A DNA stretch of 64,000 bases from Amoebidium appalachense. Lineage: Eukaryota > Protista > Ichthyosporea. The notes under the pieces are model-generated. The model made no database searches. It was not told the origin of the DNA and saw only the letters and a list, made by a program, of their open reading frames with translations. The stretch spans positions 21,088,125 through 21,152,124 of the forward strand of contig CAVNZM010000001.1 in NCBI GenBank assembly GCA_963693365.1, in the 5' to 3' direction. Of this stretch, positions 12,902-36,103 are shown piece by piece (the stretch's first letter is position 1; every line of letters begins with the position of its first letter). A program made the translations under genes and the position numbers.

Positions 12902-13769
12902 TCACAGGGTGATGTACATGACCCGGGCAGCCAGGGAGCGCTGCATGAGCCATGCGCCCCAGCGCTTGCCGCTGACCAATCGCTGATATGTGCCCAATAG
13001 GAATGCGCTGCAGGCCATTCGGCTCTCGTGGTAGTGGCTGTGCGCCTGCACCGTGGCCTGGCCGGGGCTTTGCACTTGGGGCCACAGCAGAAGGACAAGG
13101 TAGGCCACCACGGCGCGTAGCAGCAGCTCCAGATAGATCACAACGTAGATCGTGGGCCTGGGGGAGAAGGGGAGGATTGGGGGTTAGTATGCATGTACGT
13201 GTGTGTGTGTGCCTAAGGATGTGCCATGGGCGATGGGGCCTATCACGAGGCACACTGAGGAGTTATGAAATAGTCCCAGCATGGTGTTTGTGCGCAGGCA
13301 CCCAGCAGGTGGATATAAATAGCACATGCCTCCCAAAATAGCACACCCACCTCACGGCAAACAGGGCCAGCAGCATCAGCCCGTGGGCCAGCACCGACAG
13401 CAGGCTGACACCGTCCTCAAACAGCTCCGCCACCAGCCCCAGAAACATCACCGACCCACGGGTCGTCCTCCCTGCAGCCCGAATCGGGTCGGTGCGGTGG
13501 GCCGGCAGCTGGGGCAGCACGGCATGGCCCAGGGGGGTGTCCTGCAGGCTGTACAGGCGGTTCAATGAAGTGGGCACTGGCAGGTGGTCGGCAACGTGGG
13601 GGGGCACAGCACGTGGCACCTGGGGGGGGGGGGGGTCAGGTGTGAGCATCACATTTTTTGGGGGGGGGGGGGGGGGCATGTGTGAGCATCACATATGGGG
13701 GGGGGGGGGCCGGGGGGGGCATCACATATGGGGGGGGGGGGGGGGGGGTCAGGTGTGAGCATCACATAT

Positions 13770-13808
<39 letters not shown>

Positions 13809-13982
13809 GCATCATATGATGTGCATGTGTGTGTGTGTGTACGTAGTGTACAGCTGTGTGTGTATCTGGCTGACCGCAGTAGCAGCTATAGAGGTGTGCG
13901 TGCAAGAAGCTGTCTTGATGCAGTGCTGGTGTGTGTGTGTGTGTGTATTGCATACCTGTGCCGAGAACTTCATGCCCTGTCC

Positions 13983-14013
<31 letters not shown>

Positions 14014-15033
14014 TTCCCTCCTCCTTCCCCACCCACACCATCCCTCCAAAAGCACGCAGCAGCAGCAGCCACCCTTTTTTCACCTTTGCCTCTGCATAAC
14101 CCATGGAGTCCATCCACGCACTTGCATCGGCATAGCCCAGCTCAAACAGCTCGGCCACCTGCACGGGCCCAGGCGGGTACACGGCCCACCAGATGGGCAC
14201 GGCCCTGGAGGGCCTGATGTCGCTGTTCCCAAAATAGAGCGGGGCCACGGTGACCGTGTGCTCACTGAGCACTGGCTGCAGGTCCGTGATGCCCCCGTCG
14301 GCCACCCACTGGCCGTCCATCTTGAAGGGGAACCCGGCAATGGGCGTGGCCCGGCATGACGCCAGCAGGGCGAGAACAAACAACTCGTACGTGGGGAACC
14401 GCGTGATGCGCCGTGGCTGGCACGTGGCCAGGTTGGTGATGCACACCGTGAGCCTGGAGGGGGGGGGAGGGGGAGGCGTAAACATAAGGGTGTGGCTGCA
14501 CAAAGGAGTGTGGGGAGGCAGGTGTGTGCGAACAGCACTGGGGTAGTCACGGGGGAGGGGAGGGGGGGGGAGGTCTGGAGAGAATTGCAAAGCATAAATG
14601 TACACAGACCATGCAACAGAGACACAAACCCAACACAAATGTACACAACACAAGCCTAGCTGCAAACGTAAAGGTGCATACATGGTTAATTAACGGTAAG
14701 CACACACACACCCCACCCACCCACACACGGGCACCCACCTGTCCTCGAGGATGTGGCGGTACTTCTCAAACCTCTCTCTTCCCACAAACTTCTCACACGT
14801 GGACTCTATCAGCCTGCAACCCCCGTCAGCAGACTGCATCACTTTTCGACCACCCTGCCAGCCGACCCCCTTAACCCCTTGCACTTCTACACATACCCCC
14901 TCAATCCCATAGCCTCTTTGCACAGGGCCCCACCATGGACACGGAAATCATTTCCCCCCGTCAGCACCAAATCCTCTAATATTAGATCTCTTCCGTCTGG
15001 GACCCCACAAACACAGTCCCCCCTCCCCCCCCC

Positions 15034-15068
<35 letters not shown>

Positions 15069-15495
15069 CCCCTTATCCTTCTGGTCTTCCCGTGCGTTCT
15101 GCCCTGAAGCCTCTGCACACACACACACACACATACGCCTCCTATATCTCCTCTCCCTACATGCGAACAGGTGCTCTATCCGTCCCAACACAGGCGTGCA
15201 CGTACTTGTCGACCTGGAAGGCCTTTGGGATGGGCCGTGCCCGTGTGTCTCGTGCGCACTGTTCTATGTGGCTGCCTATCTTGCGCAGGTCCAGGTCCAG
15301 CAGTATGGCCGCAGACACGAGGCTGCCTGCCGACGTGCCGATAAAGTGTGCCCCCTGTGTGTCCATGCCCCGCTCCTTCAAGGCTGCTGCGGCCCCAAAG
15401 TGCCACTGAAACAACCACCCGGCCCCACTGAAGCTGAAGCTCGGGGGGAGGGGGGGCTGGCATGTCGCCTTGCTGGTGAGAATGTTGTCGAGCAT
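12902..15495 (-). CDS. Patatin-like phospholipase (PNPLA-type), about 419 aa; exons 15495-15206, 14813-14739, 14453-14084, 13619-13351, 13157-12902
   Basis: SFSFSGAGW glycine loop, GTSAG nucleophile elbow, LLASC and DGG catalytic-Asp motif. GCCACCATG start context, phase-consistent GT-AG introns, hydrophobic C-terminal segments. Confidence 0.88.
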
Positions 15496-16149
15496 GGTGG
15501 CGTGCTACACAGATCTTCAGCTGTGGAGAGACAGAGAGGGTTAGGGGTCTGGGCGTGGATCCGGGGGGTAAGGCTCAAAGGAGGTTGTGTCAATAGAATC
15601 TCGGTAGATTATTTGAGATATACGGGAGAGGGCAAAGCATGTAGACAACAGGTAAAGGAAGGAGAAATAAAACCGAAAAAGGGATTTGCCCCTTGAATTT
15701 AGATGTTGGGAGCATATCTGTGAGCACACTCCTGCGAGAAGGCTGTCGATGTTTTGTTTGTACGAGTACACTTGGTTTGGTTACTGGCACTGTGTGTGTG
15801 GCACGAGCAGTCTTGTACACGTGCACGTCAACAAGAGCATGTATAGGCACATAAAAACAAGTGTACATAGTTGCTCCTGTCCCTATGTACTCCTTGTGCA
15901 CTGCAAATGTGCATGTGCTAATGTGTGCTCAAGATTGGCTGGCCATCCCAGGCCATGCGAAACCACCCTATGCCTGCGTGCGCTGCTACACTGCTAACTA
16001 GAGTGTGTGAAGCCACAAAAGAACATGGCAGAACATAAGGTGTAAGGTCCATTACCGAAATCTGCGAGTGTGTAGGTCCTCACTCAGGTGCCCTAAACAA
16101 GTCCCTTGTAGGCGGTGTTGCACGAAAACTGGCCCCTGGAATCTCGAAG

Positions 16150-16845
16150 TTGCATTTTTATATGCTGGGGTTGGACAGCATGTCATAGCATGACTCTTAT
16201 CTAATCACAATGTACATTGCTGTTTGGTTAAAATACACTCAGTGGGTCAGCTGACCCTATGTAACTGAGTAGAAGCATTATAGGAGTGCACCCTATTTCA
16301 CTTACATGACGCCAAAAAGTTGTTTAAGAGATTTCTTCATCATCGCCCCAAGGATATGTGTGTGCAATGCAGGTAACATGAAGCGGCATTTGCATGTACA
16401 CTACGTATACCAGCTCATGCGGACCCACGGCGTACCGGTGTATCGGAGCCTATTTCAACCAATCCGATGCCTCCTGCTTTGGGCGTCACACCTCCAAGTT
16501 CCATGAGCCAATAAGAAGCTACATGTCCTGTTATTGGCTAACTTTATCCAATTGCTGCTCGGGTGGCGTTGTCGCCGAACTTGTCGGTATTCCCAGAAAT
16601 TCCCATGGTTCTACAGAGCTCCGATGACTATCAATACATAAACTTTATCCGTAGTGAAAAAGAAAGCAACTTTATCCGTCACAGCAATACTACATGTCAC
16701 CATAACTGCAGCCTGACGCTATGTCTAAAATTCTTTTTCAACATTGCAACTGTATGTTTGTGCAGCCAGCGTGATTGGAAACGGGCCGCTGCCGGCCCAC
16801 AACAAGCCGGATCTATTCAAGTTATTTGAGCATCTGATTGGCGCA
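16150..16845 (-). promoter_or_regulatory. Putative promoter region of the patatin gene (TATA, CCAAT and AACTTTATCC repeats)
   Basis: Minus-strand TATAAAA at about 16155-16162. CCAAT/ATTGG at about 16460, 16508, 16533, 16773 and 16836. AACTTTATCC occurs three times. Confidence 0.45.
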
Positions 16846-17188
16846 CGCCATTCAGACAACAGGGTGTGAAACCTGCGTTTTGCTGCATCATCCTAGAACC
16901 AGCTCAAAGCCTGGATAGTTCTAATACGGACATCAAACCTTTTTTGGGGTATATTTTTTCATATTTCTTGGCTGTACTAGAGCCACTGGCTGAAAGATTA
17001 GTGGAGCTAACCTAACTATTCGGACTTTCAGGGGCAACGCCGCCAACTTCACTGTTTGTGGCCCTAAACCATATAATTTCACAACCTGTGTGAGAGACTG
17101 GGCCAGTGGGCCCGGCCTGTCACGTGCGCGCGTGTGCATGCACATGTGCACGTGTGTGTACGTGCGCGTGTGTGTGCGTGTTTGTGCA

Positions 17189-17241
<53 letters not shown>

Positions 17242-17458
17242 CACGTGTGTGTGTGTGTCTGTGCACGTGTGTGTGTGTCACGGTGTACGCGTCATGACAT
17301 GTGCACAGTCACAGTGTTCATGTGTAAACGTATTACGCTGTTTCATACTATCTTTTCGTACTCGAGGCAAACAAATCAATCTCGGGCCCGGGCATGGGGA
17401 GGTTTTCAATGCTCGGTGGCACCCCATACATACATACGTGACTCTGTCTGTCTCTCTC

Positions 17459-17502
<44 letters not shown>

Positions 17503-18231
17503 ACGTGCGTGCGTGTGTGGGTGTGGGTGTGGGTGTGGGTGTGGGTGTGGGTGTGGATGTGTGTGTTTGTGGGGTGTGTGTGGGGGGGGGAGGGGGGTGC
17601 GCGCGCACGTGTTTGTAACTGTGTGCACGTGTGTATGTGTGTGTATTGGTGTTTTTGCGTGTCACTGTGGTATGTGTTTAGTAGTGCGCCATCACGTGCA
17701 TGTTAACAAATGTGTGCATGTGTGTGCACACGTGCCACTCACGCGCACGTGCACACGGCATGTGTATGTGTACGTACAGTCACGAGTTTGTGTGTGTGTG
17801 GAGCATAATATGCATACGCGTGCGAGCATGTGTGTGTGTGCATGCACACATGCGTGAGTGCGTGCGTGCGTGCGTGCGTGCGTGTGTGCATTCGTGCGTA
17901 CGCTTGCATGCGTGCGTGCGTGTTGTATATTCACCCTATGAGTATGTTTGTGTGAGAGTTATTAATAAGACACCAATATTCTTTTTTGATTGTTTTATGG
18001 CCGGTCCGATGATCGATATCACAGGCGGCGCTAGTAGCGCCAGACTGCCGTGGATACTGAGCCCCCTCTGGGCCGTAATAAATCACATTGCGCTGATTGT
18101 CAGCCCACAGGCCCGTTCGTCGTGGCACTACGTAAATACATCTATTATTAGGGCCCCTCCAACGGAGCCAGAAACATAGATCCTACAGCCCAACCAAGCT
18201 ACTATCCCTTCTTGTGTGTGTGTGTGCCACG

Positions 18232-18333
<102 letters not shown>

Positions 18334-18616
18334 CGCTCTGTGTGTCAGGAAGGATCGTGTAATTATGACCATCACACCAACTCCTTCCGATCGGTGGACT
18401 AGAATCTATATTTGGCAAAAAAAAAGGCACATGATTCGGAGAGAGAAAGGTCCTGGAGGTTAAAGAGTCGTCCGACATAACGTCCAGGAGATACGTGGGA
18501 TCAAAAATGTATTAGGTTGGGCATTTCGGGATTTGTAATAGTAGAGATATGAGTCCTCCCTGGTAGTTTCCTCCCCCACGGCGCGGGGGGGGGGGGGGGG
18601 GGGGGGGGGGGAATCG

Positions 18617-18992
18617 AATTGCAGAGGGAACCCTCTGCAGAGGTACCTCTGGGATCGGCCGATTTTGGTTAATCCCAGAGGGTACACACCGATCGCAGAG
18701 GGGAATCGGTTAAATCGCAGAGGGGGGGGATGTGCTGTTTATTAACGACATGTAGGTGAGCTGTGATGAGTAGTCGGCACCAAGGCCAACAGTACTTCTG
18801 GTGTGTGTGTGATAGCAACCGCAATGTGTCTGGTAGGCTACTATTACTGCATAGTCACGGTACCCGGTCCGAGCATTGTTTAAAACAACGTCCAAGTTGT
18901 GACGACACGTGAGAGGGCGAGTTTCCCTTCTCCCCCTCATACTCGATCTCGCCTTCAGTATTCTTCGGTTTGCTTCTGCGTAGTGTCCTGTG

Positions 18993-19030
<38 letters not shown>

Positions 19031-19834
19031 CCCCCCCCCCCCCCCTCTCTCTCTCCCCCCTTCCTCCCTCTCTCTCTCCCTCGCTCTCCCTCGCACCCTC
19101 CCTCGCTTTCCCTCTCCCTCTCCCTCTCCTTCTCCCTCTCCCCCTCTCCCTCCCCCTCCCCCTCCCCCTCGCTCTCTCCCTTCCTCCCTCCCTCCCTCCG
19201 TCCTTCCGTCCGTCCCTCCCTCCCTCCCTCCCTCCCTCCCTGCTGGGATGGGTTCGGGCAAGTGACTCACCGTTAGTAATACGGGGAAAAACGTGACTTC
19301 TTCAGAGGTTGGCTACACCGGATAGAGAGCTAGCAGAATGAGGGCACATATTTTTGTTCTGAGTTGAATTTTTCCATTCCTGCAAGTTCCGCCTTTCAAT
19401 GAACACAACAATGCTTGAGAACAACAGTGCGTGTACACAGTGTATATACTAGGATAGCTGTGCACTTCGTCACGGTTACTTTTAGTAGTGCCGCCGTGAC
19501 CACCGTGTCTTACTGTGTGCGGTGCGGAGTGACGTGTGTTTTTATCACGTGGAATTTATTTTATCTTGTGTGCCATTTCGGCGCCCACGTGCACGTGGTG
19601 CCGCCTGCACCTCTGCGTTCAAACCTGACACCTCAGCAATTCTGCAGTGCCCTCTGGGATTACCCTCTGCAACATGTGTGCAGAGGGGCGTTTTGCCCAT
19701 ATATGGCAGGAGGACCTCTGCAAATGGGCTCCTAATTGCAGAGGTGGGCCTGTTTTGCGTAAAACTTGCACAACAACCCTCTGCGCTCATGCAGTTGCCC
19801 CCCTGTACCTCTGCAGAGGGCCCTCTCTGCGATT
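18617..19834. mobile_element. Putative non-autonomous TIR DNA transposon (about 1.2 kb) with GCAGAGG subterminal repeats
   Basis: 18617-18646 matches the reverse complement of 19805-19834 at 26/30 positions. GCAGAGG/CCTCTGC motifs cluster at 18620-18725 and 19609-19830. No TSD can be resolved because both flanks are poly-G. Confidence 0.6.
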
Positions 19835-21570
19835 GGGTATCGCCGGGGGGGGGGGGGGAGGGGGGGGGGGGGGGGGGGGGGGGGAGAGGGGGGGGGGAGG
19901 GGGGCTGTGGATGGGCCGGGGAGGGGGGGGAGGGAGTACTCCCTCCTCCTTTCCTACTACAGTAACTACTGTTAACTTGGGGATGGTGGGTGGGGTGGTG
20001 GGGTGGTTGGGGGGGGGGGGGGGGGGGAGGGGGGAGGGGGGGGGAAGAGGGGGGAACCCACATAGGGCTTGTGGCAGTTCACTCCACCACCACCCCTCCA
20101 TACCAACCCATCACCACAACCAGCGCCACCACCAACCACTTACCGTAAGGCTTCGAGAGTCTGACCAGTGTGTTAAATTCTAATCGGGTCAGGGCTCAGA
20201 CTTGCTCACCGTGTGTGTGTGTGTGCATGTGTCTGTGCCTTTTGCAAAAATTGTAAATGTGGGTATTTGCATGTCTCAATATGTTGTGTGTGTGTGCTTG
20301 AGGAGTGTGTACATACCGCAGCACGATAGATCGTGCACTGCCAGATAATACTAGTGGTGTGTGAGTGTACATGTATATCATCGTGTTCAGCGGTATGAGC
20401 GTGTGCAAAAGCGCTCGCGCGCGTGTCACAGTGTGTGCGTGTGTATGTGCGCGCGTGTGCGTGTGTTCGTGAGTTTATGTGTGTTTTTGTGTGTATGTTT
20501 GTGCGTTAGTGATAGTCATTGAAACGCCCGCGGATTGCCTTGAATACGGGTCATTGACAACTGGTCCGTGAATGGTATACCATGGTGTGTGCTTAGTGTC
20601 TGCTGCAATTATTGATGTTGTTTGTGTGTGTGTGTGTGTGTGTGTACGCGCCTGCGCACGTGCGCGCACGAGATGCATGCACGTGTGCGCACCAGGCAGA
20701 TGACGAGCAAGGGGGAAAGGAGGCTGGGGGAAGAGGGGGGGGGGGGGGGGTTGGGGGGAGTAGTAAGAGGGAAACGGGAGAGATAGTGTGCCACGTGTGT
20801 GCGCGCCCATCATAATGTGCCACCTCGCCATGAGCATTTTATACCGTGGTATCGTGTAAGTTTGTCGGTGAGTATGTGTGGCGTGTGTGCCTGCGTACGC
20901 AACCACTGTGTGTACACTTTTCACCATGCTATCTTTTTATAATGAATGTCCGTGTCAGAGTGCGAGATTTCGGTGAATTTGTGTAAAACTTTGTTTGTGT
21001 ATGTGTGTATCAGCATCTCCGAGCGGGAAAGTATGTGTGGACCAGGGCCCATCGGCCGTATGTTTGCCACGGTGCATGTTGCACTGCTTGTGATGTGAAA
21101 CGTGCACCATGTGAAGTAGCGCGATTACTTGGCATCATGGCCCAGTCACCTGTGCAGTTGGTAGATCTAGTAATATTAACGGTTTATTATAATTGTTGGC
21201 CTCTGCCGGTACCCGTGTCTAAAATCAGCCTTGTTACATACAGTATCACATACGACAGTACCTCAAAGGAAGCTGATACCGTGCTACTCAGAGCAGAATG
21301 TGTTGGTGGCAGGAGGTGTAAAATGATTTTCAAATTTCAAGAAGTGCGAAGTATTTACATGTTGCTACTGCAGCAAGACTGAACACGTCTTAACCGTTAC
21401 TCTACCAGTGCATGTGTGTTGTTCGCTAATATATCCTGGCTCGCAATTGGGTGACCACACTTACATGCATTTGTGCTATAGCATCACTGATATTACTCAG
21501 TGATTTGAACAGGTATATATATCTATACTGAATTCAGGACCCGCGTTCAAACTTGCATGCCCAAGGCCAC

Positions 21571-22731
21571 CTACGCTTTCCCCGCGCTTGGCTGGGGGCG
21601 GAAGGGGCAGCCAACAGCGCCCACGCCCTTCAGCTCGTCCTTCAGCTTGACAGGGCCCAGCTCCTCGATCAGGTAGCCGTCGGGGTAGATCTTGCCCAGC
21701 GGGTGCATGTTGCGGCGGTAGCGCCCTCCAGGCAGCACGGACTGTGTGCTTGTGGGCATGACGGGGAACACACGTGGGGGCAGCAGGAAGCGCACGGCCA
21801 GGCCGTGGGCCTTGAGCACCATGTCGGTCAGCACCATGGCCACCCCGCTGGGCCGGGGCAGCCCCAGCACCTCACCGGTCAGGCGGCGGCCCAGCTGCAT
21901 GTAGAGCTGCGCCACCACGTAGGGCCGCACCAGGAAGTGGGTCCATGCAGGCCACTGCGCCAGCACCACGTCAAGTGTGGTGTTGGCCAGGATGGCGTTG
22001 GCCTTGTGGAACACGGCGTGCTTGGCGTCGTAGTCGCGCTGGAACTGGAGCGCATCGTCCCACGAGGCCGGGATGTCCTTGATGCCCATGGCCGTACCGA
22101 TGCGCTTCCAGTGCTGGTAGATGGCGTCCTTCTCAAAGTCCTCGGTCTCGCGGTATCCCCAGTGGTCCACGGCCTGGGGGGGCTCACACATGAAACAGGT
22201 CAGCACATACACAAAGTCCTCGTTGCTGATGGGGTAGCGCCCGTGCAGCGCATTGACACGAGTAAGAGCGCGCTGACTGTCGGGTGTGTGGTGGCCGTAC
22301 TGCATGATGTGTGCAATGAAGATGCCCGTGTCCTCGGCGCGCTTGGCTGCCCGTGCCTGGTCCGGCCCAGCCTCGCCCGTGCTCACCAGCAGACGAGAGA
22401 TGGACGGAATGACAAAGGTGCGCATGTAGGCATGCAGGGCATTGCCGCTGTCGTTGGCCAGGAAGGGCCACTCGTACTCAAACGCGCTCATGGCCACGTC
22501 GCGCAGCACATCGTCGGGAACGGGGCCCTCAGCTTTTGCCTTCCGATACTTGCGCCTGTTGCTGTTGCGGCGACGGTAGCGCAGCAGTGCCACGACAGAG
22601 AGATACGACACAGCACCCAGCGCCAGCTTCTCGCCCCGGCCAAGACCCTGCAGCATCGAGGGCAGCCCCTTGAAAAACTCCACCGCCTGGCTAGGCGCCG
22701 GCGTCCACGCGCCAAACACACTGGCCGCCAT
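21571..22731 (-). CDS. ER-bound oxygenase MpaB / DUF2236 (Lcp-related) family protein, 386 aa, intronless
   Basis: Motifs RTFVIPSISRLLVSTGE, KRAEDT, RVNALHGRYPISNEDFVYVL and WKRIGTAMGIKDIP match this family from memory. N-terminal hydrophobic anchor followed by a basic patch; strong GC3 codon bias. Confidence 0.85.
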   Translation of the reverse strand: MAASVFGAWTPAPSQAVEFFKGLPSMLQGLGRGEKLALGAVSYLSVVALLRYRRRNSNRRKYRKAKAEGPVPDDVLRDVAMSAFEYEWPFLANDSGNALHAYMRTFVIPSISRLLVSTGEAGPDQARAAKRAEDTGIFIAHIMQYGHHTPDSQRALTRVNALHGRYPISNEDFVYVLTCFMCEPPQAVDHWGYRETEDFEKDAIYQHWKRIGTAMGIKDIPASWDDALQFQRDYDAKHAVFHKANAILANTTLDVVLAQWPAWTHFLVRPYVVAQLYMQLGRRLTGEVLGLPRPSGVAMVLTDMVLKAHGLAVRFLLPPRVFPVMPTSTQSVLPGGRYRRNMHPLGKIYPDGYLIEELGPVKLKDELKGVGAVGCPFRPQPSAGKA

Positions 22732-23513
22732 TTCCTATGGATCTGAAGCACCAGAATGGGGCGATATACGTATCTATCAAGTGTAATTCCTAGTTGTGCA
22801 ACACGGCAGTCTTGTTCTCAAATACTATGTTGGTGTAACCGGATAGCGTGGACTTTATAGCCCCCGCGGCCCGCGTGTAATCGCATTCTTTCGTCATGAC
22901 TCTGGCTCCAAGATCTCACGAGGGCCGTGACTCTGGAATCTGGATCACGCCGATTGCTACGTGCTGATTGGTTTACGCCAAAGCAAATAGAATCCCCACA
23001 AACCCTGATTTGCACCGTGGTCCGTGGGATTCGGAAGCCCAAGCCGCACGGGCCGGCCCGCCGCACCCAAGCAGCCTTGATCTGTCAAATTATTTAGCAC
23101 TAAACTTTCCCTTATATTTTCCTTTGCGCTATCATGGGATATGAAATCCCTGCATGATGCTGCCGTTGCCTGCCTTCACCAGTGCACCCTGCTAAGTTGC
23201 TCCATATGTTAGCAGCTTGTTGTTTTGGTTTAGGAGACCGCCTTTCCCAGCCAGATTACCAATCAGAATCGGCGAGACATGCCAGCCAATGGGTGTTCGT
23301 TTCTATTGATGTCGTCACATTCCACCTGAGTTGTCTCAGGGGCTGACGGCCCCCTGGCAGGCTGGCAGTGGCAGCACCAGTGGCCCACTCCTACACAGGC
23401 AGTCTCTTTCTGGCGCAGCATATGCATAGTGTCTGTGTGCCAGTGTGTACGTGCCAGGTTCACGACCATCTACATACGCTCGTGCCCGGAGCAGGGCGCA
23501 GGTGTCTGCGGTC
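22732..23513. promoter_or_regulatory. Putative bidirectional promoter between the oxygenase gene and PIGO
   Basis: The two ATGs are head-to-head about 780 bp apart. CpG-rich, minus-strand TATAAAG at about 22853, CTGATTGG at about 22963 and CCAATCAG at about 23259. Confidence 0.5.
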
Positions 23514-34648
<11,135 letters not shown>

Positions 34649-34666
34649 CGCACGTTGCTTGGTGAA

Positions 34667-34705
<39 letters not shown>

Positions 34706-35130
34706 GCTAATGGCAAGGAGCGGGTAAGGGCCGTGGTGGTCACTGCAGGGCAGGGCCGATTATGACACAAGTATGAAGCAGAAGAATTAAATAAAAATTA
34801 TAAATAATAAATTATAAAAAGGAGAAGGTCTACATGCTCCCTGCGGTACTGTGGATGCCCTTGGGGTGCTGATGGTGGGGACCTTTATGTCCCAATTGAT
34901 GCCTTCTTTGACCAGCCTGTTCTTACATATGCAACTTTACACCTATCTCAATGTGTATGTCCAGCCTCTTTTTTCTATACCGAATTCTCGACTGGCCATG
35001 TACCACGCTGAGGGATCAGACTAGCCAACCAACCCCCCCCCCCCCCCCCTCCCCCCCCCCCCCCCCCCTTCTCTCCCCAACCTGAAACTGGTCTGTGTGC
35101 TTTGAGTAAACAGCCTAAGCACTAGTCACT

Positions 35131-35576
35131 GTGACCACGTATGGCTCATCTTTCTATATTCAACGTTATATCTTCCATATTCAACGTTATATCTTCCAAT
35201 CCAACGTTATATCTTCTATATTCAACGTTATATCTTCCATATCCACCGGGGTCCCCATGATGATATCCGTATTATTGGCCAACATCCAGCATATCCCTAA
35301 AATCTTCCGTATTCTTTCTACATTCAATACTATACCTAAATATCCGCTCAGTGTTTCTATTCCAACATCCCGTCTCTATAAAGAACTCTAGAGATCTAGC
35401 CATTTCTTTCTATATCCAATACTATTTCTTTCTATATCCAATACTATTTCTTTGAACATTCTACATATATCATTGAATATTATGAGGGAGTTTTCGAAAT
35501 TAGTGAGTCGTTTTTTATTTATTTTATTAGTACTTTTTTTTTTATGTGGGGGGGGGGGGGGGGGGGGGGAAAGGGG

Positions 35577-35612
<36 letters not shown>

Positions 35613-36069
35613 AATATAAAGCAGAGAATATCGAAAACCACCCTGGTAAACCCCCTCCCCCCTTCTTCCCCCCCCCCCCCCCCGCTCTCCCGCCCACCCA
35701 CTCACCCACCCCTTCAGCTAACCACCAACTGTGTGGATCACCCCCGTCCCTCCCTCCACCGAAAAAAAAAAAACAAAAAAAAACCCCAGGGCCGGACAGT
35801 TAAATTTGGCGCCATACCCATATGGAAAACATCATGTAAAGTTACTGAGTAAACTGCCGTGTTTGCGAATTAATATGTACACCAAGTTATGAATACATAT
35901 TTGGGGGCCTGATATCGATCCGAGGGGAGTTAGTTCGTGCTGGACCCCCGTGTATCCAACATAATGCAGCAATTTTTAACATTTTTTAACTTTGAAAAGT
36001 GCCTGGGATCCTTGGGGGGGGGAGGGAGGGAAGGGGGCAGGCCTGAGAATAAGTGAAATCCCTCTAGCT

Positions 36070-36103
<34 letters not shown>

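Noticed and set aside
21553-22746. 397-aa plus-strand ORF overlapping the oxygenase gene
   Set aside because: Antisense shadow of a high-GC3 gene; no recognisable motifs.
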